This document shows, one piece after another, positions 28,693 to 39,028 of a stretch of DNA of 64,000 nucleotides; position 1 is the first letter of the stretch; each line of letters begins with the position of its first letter. A program made the position numbers and the translations under genes. Origin of the DNA: Desulfuromonadaceae bacterium. GTDB lineage: Bacteria > Desulfobacterota > Desulfuromonadia > Geobacterales > Pseudopelobacteraceae. The notes under the pieces were generated by a model, which worked only from the letters and a program-made list of their open reading frames with translations, had not been told where the DNA came from and ran no database searches. The stretch lies in contig DALYIM010000001.1 of the NCBI GenBank assembly GCA_031970375.1, positions 29,003-93,002 on the forward strand, given 5' to 3'.

Positions 28693-29307
28693 TTACTCAG
28701 GCACATGAATCACCCCGCCGCAGGCGCTCAAATTTCTTAATTTTAGGCGTTGATAATCAACCGGCGTGTCCATATCTAAAAGTACACCGGAATCGTCAAT
28801 CGGTAGTTCCGCAACCCTGCCCGGATCTTTCCTGACCAGGTCACGCAGTGTTAGATCGTCCGTCAATTCGCCTAGAATTGTCCGGGGAAACAGTACAGGG
28901 TGGCCGCGGCGTCCTTCATAAACAGGTATGACTATAGACGAGAGCTTACCGGCTCCGGCGCTTAACAGGGCCTGCACCGAAGACGGTTGCACCAGAGGGC
29001 AGTCAGAAAGGGCAATAAGTACGGAGGAGCAATCCGAGGGAAGATTGTCTCTGCCGGAACGAACGGATGACGACATATCGCCGCCGGGTTCCTCGTTCAC
29101 GACAATGCGCACCGGAAAACGGCGGGCTTCTTCCGCGACCTCCGCGCCTTCGGGCGACACAACGACGATTATGTCGCCGACTCCACCAGTCCAAAGTGAC
29201 TCCAGGCAGCAACCGATGACCGTTGTGTCACCCAACGGAAGGAGTTGCTTGCTGGTGCCCATGCGGCGGGATTTGCCGGCTGCCAGAAGGATGGCGGCAA
29301 CCGTCAT
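28693..29307 (-). CDS. mocA: MobA-like nucleotidyltransferase, probable molybdenum cofactor cytidylyltransferase
   Basis: 204 aa. N-terminal AAILLAAGKSRRMG..KQLLPL; last gene of the Mo-hydroxylase operon. Confidence 0.75.
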   Translation of the reverse strand: MTVAAILLAAGKSRRMGTSKQLLPLGDTTVIGCCLESLWTGGVGDIIVVVSPEGAEVAEEARRFPVRIVVNEEPGGDMSSSVRSGRDNLPSDCSSVLIALSDCPLVQPSSVQALLSAGAGKLSSIVIPVYEGRRGHPVLFPRTILGELTDDLTLRDLVRKDPGRVAELPIDDSGVLLDMDTPVDYQRLKLRNLSACGGVIHVPE

Positions 29308-30077
29308 GCCGTCAATCCTTTGCAGCGGGCGATCAGCTGACCGACGATGCTGACGGCAATCTCCTCCGGAGTCTGAGCTCCGATATCCAATCCCACCGGC
29401 GTGACGACCCGCTCTCGCTGGGCAGCATCAAAACCTTCCTCCTCCAGGGTTGCGAGAAGGGTTTCCTTCTTGCGTCGGCTCCCAAGCAGGCCGATGAAAC
29501 CAGCCGGGGTAGCCAGACAGCCACGCACCGCCGCAAAATCATGCATATGACCCGGCGTGGCAATGACAACAAAACTCTCCTCATCAAAATACAGTTGCCC
29601 GAAGGCCTCGGCCACCGGCAGACAGAGCACCTCATCAACTCCCGGCAGCAGGTCCGCTCTGGCCCATTCCGGCCGCTCGTCAACCACGATCACCCGAAAA
29701 CCACAGCCGTGTGCCAGCGCTGTGACGGCGCGCCCCACATGACCGGCGCCAAACATGACCAACAAAGGACGCCTCCCCTGGGGTTCCACAAAAACCGTCA
29801 TTCGGCCGCCGCAGGCATAGCCGTGCTCCTCGGTCAGTACGAATTCCAGGGTACGAACCTCGCCATCCGCCAGGGCGGAGCGTGCAGCTTCCAGAGCTTC
29901 CTGCTCAACCCGCCCGCCACCGACGGTGCCCAGCGTTGTCCCGTCTCCCCGCACCAACATCTTGGTGCCTGCCTTACGGGGTGACGACCCGCCATGGGCA
30001 ATAACAGTCACCACTGCAAACGGCTCGCCCCTTCGGGCGAGCCGCGCCATCTCTTCGTAGAGTTCCAGATCGGTCAT
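29304..30077 (-). CDS. xdhC: XdhC/CoxI-family molybdenum hydroxylase maturation chaperone
   Basis: 257 aa. N-terminal XdhC/CoxI domain (..FAVVTVI...GSSPRK.G.KMLV) plus a Rossmann part (LVMFGAGHVGRAV); overlaps both neighbours by 4 nt. Confidence 0.85.
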   Translation of the reverse strand: MTDLELYEEMARLARRGEPFAVVTVIAHGGSSPRKAGTKMLVRGDGTTLGTVGGGRVEQEALEAARSALADGEVRTLEFVLTEEHGYACGGRMTVFVEPQGRRPLLVMFGAGHVGRAVTALAHGCGFRVIVVDERPEWARADLLPGVDEVLCLPVAEAFGQLYFDEESFVVIATPGHMHDFAAVRGCLATPAGFIGLLGSRRKKETLLATLEEEGFDAAQRERVVTPVGLDIGAQTPEEIAVSIVGQLIARCKGLTA

Positions 30078-32248
30078 TTTTTCACCGTGAGAGCCGCCAG
30101 CACTGTGGCCGGCGTCATCGGCAGGGAGCGCACCCTGGCACCGCTGACGCTGAAGAGGGCATTGGCCACCGCCGGGGCGATGGGGGGCACCCCCGGTTCG
30201 CCAACGCCGCCCGGGGCCTCCTTACTGGCCACGATATGCACCTCCACCCGCGGCATGGCGTTCATCCGCACCAGGGGGTAGCTGTCGAAATTCCCCTGCA
30301 CCACCCGGCCGTTCTTCAGGGTGATGGCACCGTAGAGCGCTGCTGAAAGGCCGAAGGTGATACCCGACTCCATCTGGGCCTTGATGGTGTCCGGATTGAC
30401 GATCTTGCCACAATCCACGGCGCACACCACCCGGTGCACCGTGACCTGCCCCTTGGCATTGACCGAAGCCTCGGCTACCTGGGCAACGTAGCTGCCAAAG
30501 GACTCGTGTACGGCGATGCCTCGCCCACGCCCCTTGGGAAGTTTCTTACCCCAGCCGGCTTTGGAGGCGGCAGTCTCCAACACCTTGAGGGTGCGGGGAT
30601 GCTTCTTGAGCAGGGCGCGGCGGTACTGGTAGGGATCCGTGCCGGCAGCTGCGGCCAGTTCATCCAGCATGCTCTCCATGACAAAGGCGGTGTGAGAGTG
30701 CCCGACGGAGCGCCACCAGAGTACCGGCACCGGGTTGGTGGGGCTGTGCAGCTCCACCTGCAGGTTGGGGATGGCATAGGGAGTATTGGCGGCCCCCTCC
30801 ACCGAGGTGTCGTCAATGCCGTCCTTGACCATGGCCGACTCGAAGGGGGTGCCGGCCACGATGGATTGCCCCACGATGCGGTGCTGCCACGCCAGCGGCA
30901 TCCCCTGGTCATCCAGGCAGGCAGCAATGCGGTCGTACCACATGGGACGGTAGTAGCCGGCACGGGTATCGTCGTCCCGGGTGCGGATCACCTTGACCGG
31001 CTGCTTGACCGCTTTGGCCACCTGGACCGCCTCGATGATGTAATCCGACCCGGTGCAGGCGCGACGACCGAAACCGCCCCCCAGGAAGGTGGTCTCCAGG
31101 GTGACCTGCTCCGGTTTCAGGCCGGCCACCCGGGCCGCCGCCGCACGATCTACGGTCTGGAACTGGCTGCCGGTGCGGATCAGGCAGGATTCGGCCTTCA
31201 GGTCCACGAAACAGTTGAGAGGTTCCATGGTGGCATGGGCCAGATACGGCACCTCGTACTCAGCTTCGAATCGTTTCTTTGCCTTCGCCAGAACGCCGGC
31301 CGCATCACCCTCCGTGCGGGCCACCAGACCGGGGGTGGCGGCCAGTTTTGCATACTGCTGCCGCATGGCCGCGCTGTCCACCGCAGCGCCTGCCCCTTCG
31401 ATCCACTGAATGGAAAGCGCCTCGCGCCCCTGCTGGACTGGCCAGAAACCATCGGCCACCACCGCCACACCGGCATCCACCGCCACCACCTGTTTCACGC
31501 CGGGGATCTTGAGGGCTTTGGCGGCGTCGAAACTTTTGACTGCGCCACCGAAAACCGGCGGCCGGGCAATCACGGCAGTCAGCATGCCGGGAACAGTCAC
31601 GTCAATGCCAAAGATCGCCGTACCATTGATCTTGGCCGGGCTGTCGAGGCGGTGGAGCGGTTTTCCAAGGATTGTCTTCGCGCCGCCTTTGAGCTGTGGT
31701 TTGGCCGGTACCGGCAGCAGTGCCGCCTTGGGTGCCAGAGCACCAAAGCCGAGTTTTTTACCGTTCGGCCCCAGCACGCTGCCGTTCTCAGCACGACAAA
31801 CTGCGGGCGCGACACCCCACTCCTTGGCCGCGGCGGCGATCAGCATCTCACGGGCCGCAGCCCCGGCCAACGAAAGGCGATCCCACTCGGAACGAACACT
31901 GGTGCTGCCGCCGGTCACCATGAGCGGACCGAACTGGGCATGGTTGTACTCCGGCGCCACTGGCGAGGCCTTGAAAGTCACTTTTTTCCAGTCGCAGCAG
32001 AGCTCCTCGGCCACCAGCATGGGGAGCGAGGTGTAGACCCCCTGGCCCATCTCGGATTTGTTGACGATCACCGTCACCCGGCCGTTGGGGGCGATACGCA
32101 GGTAAGCATTGGGGGCAAATTCATTCTCGCCGGCGGCCTGGGCATCCCGTCGCCCGAAGGGGAGGTGGCAGGCCAGCAACAAGCCGCCTCCGGCCAGGGC
32201 GCTGGCGGCGAGAAACTGACGGCGGGTCATTCCTTTCTTCGTGGTCAT
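30074..32248 (-). CDS. Molybdopterin-binding subunit of a xanthine dehydrogenase-family (IorB/aldehyde oxidoreductase-like) enzyme, Tat-exported
   Basis: 724 aa. Twin-arginine signal [20 protein letters not shown], followed by aldehyde oxidase/xanthine dehydrogenase MPT-binding-like domains. Confidence 0.88.
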   Translation of the reverse strand: MTTKKGMTRRQFLAASALAGGGLLLACHLPFGRRDAQAAGENEFAPNAYLRIAPNGRVTVIVNKSEMGQGVYTSLPMLVAEELCCDWKKVTFKASPVAPEYNHAQFGPLMVTGGSTSVRSEWDRLSLAGAAAREMLIAAAAKEWGVAPAVCRAENGSVLGPNGKKLGFGALAPKAALLPVPAKPQLKGGAKTILGKPLHRLDSPAKINGTAIFGIDVTVPGMLTAVIARPPVFGGAVKSFDAAKALKIPGVKQVVAVDAGVAVVADGFWPVQQGREALSIQWIEGAGAAVDSAAMRQQYAKLAATPGLVARTEGDAAGVLAKAKKRFEAEYEVPYLAHATMEPLNCFVDLKAESCLIRTGSQFQTVDRAAAARVAGLKPEQVTLETTFLGGGFGRRACTGSDYIIEAVQVAKAVKQPVKVIRTRDDDTRAGYYRPMWYDRIAACLDDQGMPLAWQHRIVGQSIVAGTPFESAMVKDGIDDTSVEGAANTPYAIPNLQVELHSPTNPVPVLWWRSVGHSHTAFVMESMLDELAAAAGTDPYQYRRALLKKHPRTLKVLETAASKAGWGKKLPKGRGRGIAVHESFGSYVAQVAEASVNAKGQVTVHRVVCAVDCGKIVNPDTIKAQMESGITFGLSAALYGAITLKNGRVVQGNFDSYPLVRMNAMPRVEVHIVASKEAPGGVGEPGVPPIAPAVANALFSVSGARVRSLPMTPATVLAALTVKK

Positions 32249-32700
32249 GGTGTGGCCCCCTTTCCGGCAGCGGAATGGATGGCGCGGCGGATGCGGCCAT
32301 AGGTGCCGCAGCGGCAGAGATTGCCGCTCATGGCGGCATCGATATCGCTATCGGTCGGTTGTGGCTTTTTCTTCAGCAGGGCCACGGCGCTCATAATCTG
32401 CCCCGGCTGGCAGTAGCCGCACTGGGAAACCTCCTGAGCCAACCAGGCCTTCTTGACCGGGTCGTTCTCGGAAATACCCTCGATGGTCACCACCTTTTTC
32501 CCCTTCACATCACCCACCAAAGTGATGCAAGAGCGCTGGGGTGTGCCGTCGATATGCACCGTGCAGGCCCCGCACAGTCCCTCGCCGCAGCCATACTTGC
32601 TGCCGGTCAGTCCCAGTTTCTCTCGCAGCACCCACAACAGCGGAGTATCCGGGCTTACATCCACCTGCCGCTCTTTCCCGTTGACGAAAAATGTTATCAT
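32245..32700 (-). CDS. [2Fe-2S]-binding small subunit of the Mo hydroxylase
   Basis: Track ORF trimmed to ATG 32700 (AAGGAGGA RBS). [13 protein letters not shown].., cluster [12 protein letters not shown], cluster II CGYCQPG..CRCGTY. No signal peptide. Confidence 0.9.
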   Translation of the reverse strand: MITFFVNGKERQVDVSPDTPLLWVLREKLGLTGSKYGCGEGLCGACTVHIDGTPQRSCITLVGDVKGKKVVTIEGISENDPVKKAWLAQEVSQCGYCQPGQIMSAVALLKKKPQPTDSDIDAAMSGNLCRCGTYGRIRRAIHSAAGKGATP

Positions 32701-32743
32701 TGATCCTCCTTGCGGGCCTGTCCGCCCGAAACGTATCTGCTGA

Positions 32744-33148
32744 TCAGACCAGTTCCACGCTGAACTGCGGGGGGTTGAGAACGGTCTGCTTGACGGCGCA
32801 TATCTCGGCCACCCGGACGATTGCGCTGCGGTATTTTTCCGGGAAGGTTGCGGGCAGCTCGATGCGCAGGGCGACTGAGACCAGACGGTGTCTGCCGCTG
32901 TCATCCACGGTGAATTCAGCAGATTGGCGCAGCGTTATGTCGCTGACCGGGATATCCCGGTGAGTACAGAAGTCAGATACATACACCCCGGCACAGGTGG
33001 CCAGGGACGCAAGGAAATGGTCGAACGGCGTCGGCGCGCTGCCGCCCCCGCCTTCATCAAGGGGCTGGTCCGTCACAATGGTGAAGCCTTCAGGGAGGCG
33101 GGCAGTCACTTTCCTTCCGCCATCAAGACTTACAACGATCTCATCCAT
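32744..33148 (-). CDS. OsmC/Ohr-family protein (putative peroxiredoxin)
   Basis: Trimmed to ATG 33148 (AAAGGAG RBS). 134 aa with the two conserved Cys contexts ([20 protein letters not shown]). Confidence 0.8.
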   Translation of the reverse strand: MDEIVVSLDGGRKVTARLPEGFTIVTDQPLDEGGGGSAPTPFDHFLASLATCAGVYVSDFCTHRDIPVSDITLRQSAEFTVDDSGRHRLVSVALRIELPATFPEKYRSAIVRVAEICAVKQTVLNPPQFSVELV

Positions 33149-33223
33149 GCCGTCTGCTCCTTTGAACACCTGATTGCAATCCGTCCGTGTGATCCCATGA
33201 GAATACCATGTCAATCCACTGTT

Positions 33224-33811
33224 TCAACGGGAATCGTGTTCTCCAAGCGCTCGCTCGATCCTGCGGTCGGGGACCAGCCACATCAGGGCTACCAGGATAA
33301 ATATGCCGCCGGCGACCCATGTCCGGAAATAGGCCAGCGGTATTGCCGCCGCATAGAGGATCGTGGATGCCTTCCCCTTGAAGTCGTTCCCGACTGCTTT
33401 TGCCAGGATTGAATCCTTGCCCTGGCTGAAAATGATCGCGTGCTGCAGCATGAAATAGGCTATGGCCGCCATGAGAAGCACAACACCATAGAGTGCCATG
33501 GGTGCCGGGGTGAAATGGTTGTGACCGACCCAGCCGGTGACAAAGGGCAACAGCGACAGCCAGAAGAGGAGATGCAGGTTTGCCCACAGGATCGCCCCTG
33601 TCACATGGTGCACGGTGTGCAGCATATGGTGATGATTGTTCCAGTAAATGCCGATGTACACAAAACTGAGCAGGTAGCTGAGAAATATCGGTAGGACGGG
33701 CTTGAGCGAGACCAGATCGCCACCTGTGGGCACTTTCATCTCCAGGACCATGATGGTGATGATGATGGCGAGTACCCCGTCGCTGAACGCTTCCAGCCTG
33801 TTCTTGCCCAT
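33224..33811 (-). CDS. TMEM175/DUF1211-family membrane protein (putative K+ channel)
   Basis: 195 aa, 6 TM. N-terminal signature RLEAFSDGVLAIIITIMVLE. The overlapping 252-aa ORF in another frame is rejected. Confidence 0.8.
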   Translation of the reverse strand: MGKNRLEAFSDGVLAIIITIMVLEMKVPTGGDLVSLKPVLPIFLSYLLSFVYIGIYWNNHHHMLHTVHHVTGAILWANLHLLFWLSLLPFVTGWVGHNHFTPAPMALYGVVLLMAAIAYFMLQHAIIFSQGKDSILAKAVGNDFKGKASTILYAAAIPLAYFRTWVAGGIFILVALMWLVPDRRIERALGEHDSR

Positions 33812-34100
33812 GTGTGTCCACCCTCGGATGATTCAATTCGCTCCTTCGGAAATATATCGTCAAGTTGGCCCGGTGGTAAAGTGCTTTGTCGCCCGGCATA
33901 TGGCTGATACGGCTGGATCAAGCCCTTTCAGGACAGCTCGAGCCCAGGAGCGCTCAGTCAGGGGTCGATTCCATGACCGAATATGAAAATCATCTGACTA
34001 TTCTCAATCATTTTTTGTAAATCTATTCGGACCAAAAACAGGGACATTCCCCCCGTATTTATTGTCCCAGAACATAACCGCTCCCATGAAGTGAAAACAG

Positions 34101-34128
34101 AAAAGGCGGGAGATGACTCCCGCCTTTT
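34101..34128 (-). terminator. Intrinsic terminator of glnA (bidirectional architecture)
   Basis: Stem GGCGGGAG / CTCCCGCC (34105-12 / 34117-24) with loop atga, flanked by A4 and T4. On the minus strand it is followed by TTTTCTGTTTTC, 32 nt after the glnA stop. Confidence 0.8.
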
Positions 34129-34159
34129 GCTCCATCAGAGGCTGAAACTATGCTGCCGG

Positions 34160-35572
34160 CTAGATATCGTAATACAGCTGGAACTCGAGCGGTACCGGAC
34201 GCATGCGGACCGGGTTGACTTCGGCCTCGGTCTTGTACTCGATCCACTTCTCGATGACATCAGGAGTGAAGACATCACCTTTGAGCAGGAACTCGTGGTC
34301 GTCCTGCAGGGCTTTGAGCGCGTCTTCAAGGCTACCAGGAGCGGACGGGATGTGCTTGAGCTCTTCCGGTGACAGGCCATAGATGTCCTTGTCGAGCGGC
34401 TGGCCGGGATCGATCTTGTTCTCGATGCCGTCGAGTCCGGCCATCAGCATGGCGGCAAAAGCCAGGTAGCCGTTGCAGGATGGGTCGGGAGTACGATACT
34501 CAATCCGCTTGGCCTTGGGATTGGTCGACATCATCGGGATACGGATGGATGCCGAGCGGTTGCGGCTGGAGTAGGCCATGTTGACCGGTGCTTCGAAACC
34601 AGGAACCAGGCGCTTGTAGGAGTTGGTGGTCGGGTTGGTGATGGCGCAGAGAGCCTTGGCATGCTTGATGATGCCGCCGATGTACCAGAGTGCCATCTGG
34701 GAAAGCCCGCCGTATTTGTCGCCGGCGAACAGGTTGGTGCCGTCTTTCCAGATCGACTGGTGGCAGTGCATACCGGAACCGTTGTCGCCGTAGAGCGGCT
34801 TGGGCATGAAGGTGACGGTCTTGCCGTTGCGATAGGCAACATTCTTTATAACATACTTGAACCACTGCAGCTGGTCAGCCATATCGACCAGCGATGAGAA
34901 GCGCATGTCGATCTCGGCCTGGCCGCCGGTGGCGACCTCGTGATGCTGGCACTCAACGCGGATGCCGACTTTCTGCAGCTCCATCACCATTTCGTTACGC
35001 AGGTCATTCTGGGAGTCAACCGGCGAACAGGGGAAGTAGCCTTCCTTATGGCGCGGTTTGTAGCCCAGGTTGGGGAACTCTTCACGGCCGGTGTTCCATG
35101 CGCCCTCGACCGAGTCGACCATGTAGAAGGCCTGGTTGGCGCTGGAATCGTAGCGGACTTCGTCAAAGATGAAGAATTCAGCTTCCGGACCAAAGAAGGC
35201 GGTGTCGCCGATACCGGTCGATTTGAGATAAGCCTCTGCCTTGCGGGCGATGTTGCGCGGATCGCGGGTATAATCTTCTTTGGTGATCGGATCGAATATG
35301 TTGCAGATCAGCGACAGGGTCGGGACGGCGACGAAAGGATCCATCTTGGCGGAGGTCGGATCCGGCAGCAGGATCATGTCGGAAGCATGGATCGGCTGCC
35401 ATCCGCGAATTGATGAACCGTCAAAACCCTGGCCCTCTTCAAAGGTGTCTTCACCAAACTCGGTAATCGGCACAGAAACATGCTGCCAGGTACCAACAAA
35501 ATCCATAAATTTGTAATCAACCATCAGTGCGCCGTTTTCTTTGGCAAAATCTACTACCTGCTTCGGGGTCAT
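34160..35572 (-). CDS. glnA: Glutamine synthetase type I
   Basis: 470 aa. Contains FDGSSIRGW and [10 protein letters not shown]. The adenylylation-loop Tyr context [11 protein letters not shown] is present. Confidence 0.97.
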   Translation of the reverse strand: MTPKQVVDFAKENGALMVDYKFMDFVGTWQHVSVPITEFGEDTFEEGQGFDGSSIRGWQPIHASDMILLPDPTSAKMDPFVAVPTLSLICNIFDPITKEDYTRDPRNIARKAEAYLKSTGIGDTAFFGPEAEFFIFDEVRYDSSANQAFYMVDSVEGAWNTGREEFPNLGYKPRHKEGYFPCSPVDSQNDLRNEMVMELQKVGIRVECQHHEVATGGQAEIDMRFSSLVDMADQLQWFKYVIKNVAYRNGKTVTFMPKPLYGDNGSGMHCHQSIWKDGTNLFAGDKYGGLSQMALWYIGGIIKHAKALCAITNPTTNSYKRLVPGFEAPVNMAYSSRNRSASIRIPMMSTNPKAKRIEYRTPDPSCNGYLAFAAMLMAGLDGIENKIDPGQPLDKDIYGLSPEELKHIPSAPGSLEDALKALQDDHEFLLKGDVFTPDVIEKWIEYKTEAEVNPVRMRPVPLEFQLYYDI

Positions 35573-35607
35573 CTAGCTTCTCCTTTCGGGGGAATATGAA
35601 TTACACA

Positions 35608-35988
<381 letters not shown>

Positions 35989-36043
35989 TTATAGGGGTAA
36001 TCATGCAAATTGCAAGGGATATGCACACACCACTCGATTGTTT

Positions 36044-36059
36044 TGCAATCTTTTTGCCA
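36044..36059 (-). promoter_or_regulatory. Sigma54 (-24/-12) promoter of glnB-glnA
   Basis: The minus strand reads TGGCAAAAAGATTGCA. The GG and GC dinucleotides have the canonical spacing of TGGCAC-N5-TTGCA. It lies about 100 nt upstream of the glnB start. Confidence 0.6.
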
Positions 36060-36087
36060 AAAACTCAAAATAAAAATTAAACAATAA

Positions 36088-36105
36088 AATCAAATTGTTA
36101 CAATT
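36088..36105. promoter_or_regulatory. IHF-consensus match / AATTGT-N-ACAATT palindrome upstream of the sigma54 promoter
   Basis: AATCAAATTGTTA (36088-36100) fits WATCAANNNNTTR. It overlaps a perfect 6-1-6 palindrome (36093-36105) within an AT-rich tract 30-60 bp upstream of the -24 element. Confidence 0.35.
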
Positions 36106-36197
36106 GTTTTGCACATTAATGCGACAGACCGAGCCACGGTCATTGCCCACACAATAGGCACACCCCCTGCGCATGCCGCAAAAAAGAGCAGCAATGA

Positions 36198-36944
36198 CTA
36201 CTGATTGATCTCTTTCAGTTCCTTGATTATTTCAACCTGGCGTTGGTTGATGTAATAGGCGATCTGCTGCTGGGAGTGTTTTTCGGGATGAAATTCGACA
36301 ACACAGGTGTACGGGGCATGCTCACCAGCGACCTTGATCACCGTAGCCCCCATGCCGACTTCATTGACAGATCTTCCTGACAGGTCGGGAAGCTTGATGA
36401 ACAGATTGATTTCAAGTCCGGGCGGAAGATGATCTTTCGACATTACCCGCATGGCCGCCCCGCCGAGGGATATATCCTTTATGTTGGCCTTGAGGATATC
36501 ATCGTTGATCACAAGATCCGCCTCAACCGGACGGTCAAGCATGACGCGGACGAAACGCCTCATCCCTGAACGTATTTTTCCATAACCGAACTTGCAGAGA
36601 ATAACTTTCTTGCGGGCAACGTTGATATAAAAAGCCTCGCCGACGATATCATCAGGAAACGGGCTTCCATCCGGAGCATGGATGAGCGCCCTTTTCTCCA
36701 TATTGATCACCTTGGCCTGATAATCATGCACTTCGAATTCAGCCGTTTCATTTTCAATGTGCACAAGCGTTGCATCGTAGGAAACCGGGATCTCCTTGTA
36801 ATAATTAAGAAACGTGAAACGCTTGCCAACCATTTCCTTCAGGTACTGAACAATGACAAGCGCGTCCTCCTGTTCGGTCCCCCTGATAACTTTGTCGAAA
36901 TACTGGAACATCGCTACATCCCCTGCCACACGATCAGATTGCAT
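36198..36944 (-). CDS. PilZ-domain (c-di-GMP receptor type) protein with a YcgR-like N-terminal domain
   Basis: 248 aa. PilZ motifs RRFVR and DISLGGAAM. An alternative start is M12 at 36911. Confidence 0.78.
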   Translation of the reverse strand: MQSDRVAGDVAMFQYFDKVIRGTEQEDALVIVQYLKEMVGKRFTFLNYYKEIPVSYDATLVHIENETAEFEVHDYQAKVINMEKRALIHAPDGSPFPDDIVGEAFYINVARKKVILCKFGYGKIRSGMRRFVRVMLDRPVEADLVINDDILKANIKDISLGGAAMRVMSKDHLPPGLEINLFIKLPDLSGRSVNEVGMGATVIKVAGEHAPYTCVVEFHPEKHSQQQIAYYINQRQVEIIKELKEINQ

Positions 36945-37021
36945 TACACCCGCAGTTACGTTACTATGATCTAGTTATAAATGTAGTTACTTAACAGAAA
37001 CCTCTACGGACGACAAGCTAA

Positions 37022-37831
37022 ATGAACATTTTCAGAAACATTCTTCGCCTCATCATAACGACGACACTCGCTGCGAGACCGCTTGCATATGCTGTGGGCA
37101 TTACTGCAACCTGCTTCGCGGCAACAGTTTCTGCAGACATTTACCGCTTTGTCACCATCGACGGTGTTGAAACGTTTACCGATGCGCCGGTCAACCGGGA
37201 TGCCACGGTTGTGATCAAGGAGCAGACAAAGCCAGCCAAGAAAGCACTCGCTTCCAAAAAGCAGAAGACACACGACATCTCGCTGAATGAAATTGCTGAA
37301 AAAGCTGTTCAAGCGGCCCTTAACCCCACACAATCTGAAACCATGGAAGCCGCTCTCCCACCGGTCGGCGGCAGCATAACCTCTGGTCCAGGCATGCGGG
37401 TCGATCCAATCGACGGCAGGTGGCGTATGCATAACGGCATTGACATCGCCATCCCGGAAGGGACACCGGTCAGGCCGGTCGGCCGGGGCGTTGTTGTCTA
37501 CAGCGGCCAACGACCCGGATATGGATACACGGTGCTTGTCGAGCATGATAACGGCATGCTGAGCTTGTACGGCCACAACAGCCGACTGACGGTCAGCAGC
37601 GGCGATCAGGTTGACAGATCGACCGTCATTGCCCTCTCCGGCAATACCGGGCGCTCGACCGGGCCGCACCTGCATTTTGAAGCATGGCACAACGGCACAA
37701 ACCTGACATCATCATTCATGCCCGGAACAGGGCGACCGCTCACGCTGCAGGCCGCCTCCCACCGTTCCCGGGCACAATTTCGCAAAGAAGTCCTCTCGGA
37801 CGGTTCAATCCTTTTCACCAACCTCCCCTGA
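37022..37831 (+). CDS. M23-family metallopeptidase with an N-terminal DUF4124-like domain
   Basis: 269 aa. Signal-like N-terminus, IYRFVTIDGVETFTDAP (DUF4124-like), and M23 motifs HNGIDIA..GTPV and GNTGRSTGPHLHFE. Confidence 0.85.
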   Translation: MNIFRNILRLIITTTLAARPLAYAVGITATCFAATVSADIYRFVTIDGVETFTDAPVNRDATVVIKEQTKPAKKALASKKQKTHDISLNEIAEKAVQAALNPTQSETMEAALPPVGGSITSGPGMRVDPIDGRWRMHNGIDIAIPEGTPVRPVGRGVVVYSGQRPGYGYTVLVEHDNGMLSLYGHNSRLTVSSGDQVDRSTVIALSGNTGRSTGPHLHFEAWHNGTNLTSSFMPGTGRPLTLQAASHRSRAQFRKEVLSDGSILFTNLP

Positions 37832-37834
37832 CTG

Positions 37835-39007
37835 ATGCGGGACCAGATCACAGCATACCTGGGCAAACTCGAAGCGGACCGGTCGGCTGAAGCGGGATGC
37901 ATGGCCTTCGCCGCCCAGGATGACATCATGCTGACCGGCGGAGCGGAAGAACTGTCCCGGATTGCGGGTGAGATACTTGGCCACCTGAACTGCCTGGCCC
38001 TCTGCGTGGCCCGTCCGTCACTCCCCTTTGCTGATTTCCTGCTGCGGCGCACCGCCCCGCATGAAAGCGTCCTTATCCCACACGACACCGAGACACGGAC
38101 GTTTCTGCACGACATTCCGTTTCTGCGCCGTGACCAATTGCGGGATGACGGAGCCTCCGCCATTGCCCGACTGCTCGCCAGCCGCAAAGGCGTTATTGTC
38201 GAAGGGCTCGGCATCGTTGCAACAGGCACACTGACCATTGAGCAGGCCTACATCAATTGGTCGTCGGTCTTTCACTCCACATTTATCCACTATCTCAAAG
38301 ACCTGCTGCACACCGGGTTCATACTGACGGAAGAAATGAATGCCTTCCGGAATTTTCGCAACTGCTGGCTTTCTCCTCTGACGGTCGACGGCCTTGAATT
38401 TCGCGGCGGGCCACTACAGCATAAAATGGAAATACTTGACGAGATCTGCCGGGTCGGGCGATACACCGTGCAGCGCGGCCTGGTTGACTCCTTCTTCGGC
38501 AATATTTCCTATTCAGACGGCGACCTGATCTACATCTCCCAGACCGCTTCTTCTCTGGACACGCTCGAAGGATGCATCGATCCGGTACCCTTTGAAAACA
38601 GCTCAACTGTCGGAATCACAGCATCAAGCGAACTGGCCGCCCATCGGCAGATTTTTGTAGCTACGGGATGCAGAAGCATTCTGCATGGACATCCGCGATT
38701 CGCCGTCATTATGAGTATGCTCTGCGATGATGCCGATGGGTGCCAGGTCAAAGACTGCTGGAGAGACTGCCCGAAAGTCAGATTTCTGGGGGGAACCCCG
38801 GTCGTTGCCGGAGAGATTGGAGCGGGAGGATTAGCCAAAAATGTGCCGCCGGTCATCGGAGAACCAGGTCGGGCAATTGTCTATGGCCACGGTGTATTTT
38901 CAATCGGCCGCAACGACTTCAAAGAAGCGTTTCAGGCACTTGTCGATGTAGAAAACTGGTGCCGCAACGAATATTTCAAGCGTTTTGATCAACTCTGGCA
39001 GACATAA
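37835..39007 (+). CDS. Two-domain class II aldolase/adducin-like protein (degenerate N-terminal half, metal-site-bearing C-terminal half)
   Basis: 390 aa, starting 3 nt after the M23 gene stop. The C-terminal half has FGNISY..(I)SQTAS, SSELAAHRQIF, ILHGHPRF and VYGHGVFSIG..F.EA, matching the E/HxH/H ligand pattern of the class II aldolase fold. The N-terminal half keeps only the GVIVEGLGIVATG-like strand. Confidence 0.55.
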   Translation: MRDQITAYLGKLEADRSAEAGCMAFAAQDDIMLTGGAEELSRIAGEILGHLNCLALCVARPSLPFADFLLRRTAPHESVLIPHDTETRTFLHDIPFLRRDQLRDDGASAIARLLASRKGVIVEGLGIVATGTLTIEQAYINWSSVFHSTFIHYLKDLLHTGFILTEEMNAFRNFRNCWLSPLTVDGLEFRGGPLQHKMEILDEICRVGRYTVQRGLVDSFFGNISYSDGDLIYISQTASSLDTLEGCIDPVPFENSSTVGITASSELAAHRQIFVATGCRSILHGHPRFAVIMSMLCDDADGCQVKDCWRDCPKVRFLGGTPVVAGEIGAGGLAKNVPPVIGEPGRAIVYGHGVFSIGRNDFKEAFQALVDVENWCRNEYFKRFDQLWQT

Positions 39008-39028
39008 AAACCGGCCTTCGCAGAACCC

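Noticed and set aside
30434-32302. 622-aa + strand ORF antisense to the Mo-hydroxylase large subunit
   Set aside because: Same reasoning: it is the shadow frame of a strongly supported minus-strand gene, with no recognisable motifs.
33141-33899. 252-aa minus-strand ORF containing a HHHHHH run, overlapping the TMEM175-like gene in another frame
   Set aside because: The His run is the out-of-frame reading of the hydrophobic IIITIMVLE-coding segment. The competing frame has the RLEAFSDG TMEM175/DUF1211 signature and a 6-TM profile.
33973-34020. 15-codon + ORF (MTEYENHLTILNHFL) in the glnA/TMEM175 gap
   Set aside because: It is too short, with no conservation evidence available. It is mentioned only as context for the noncoding-region finding.
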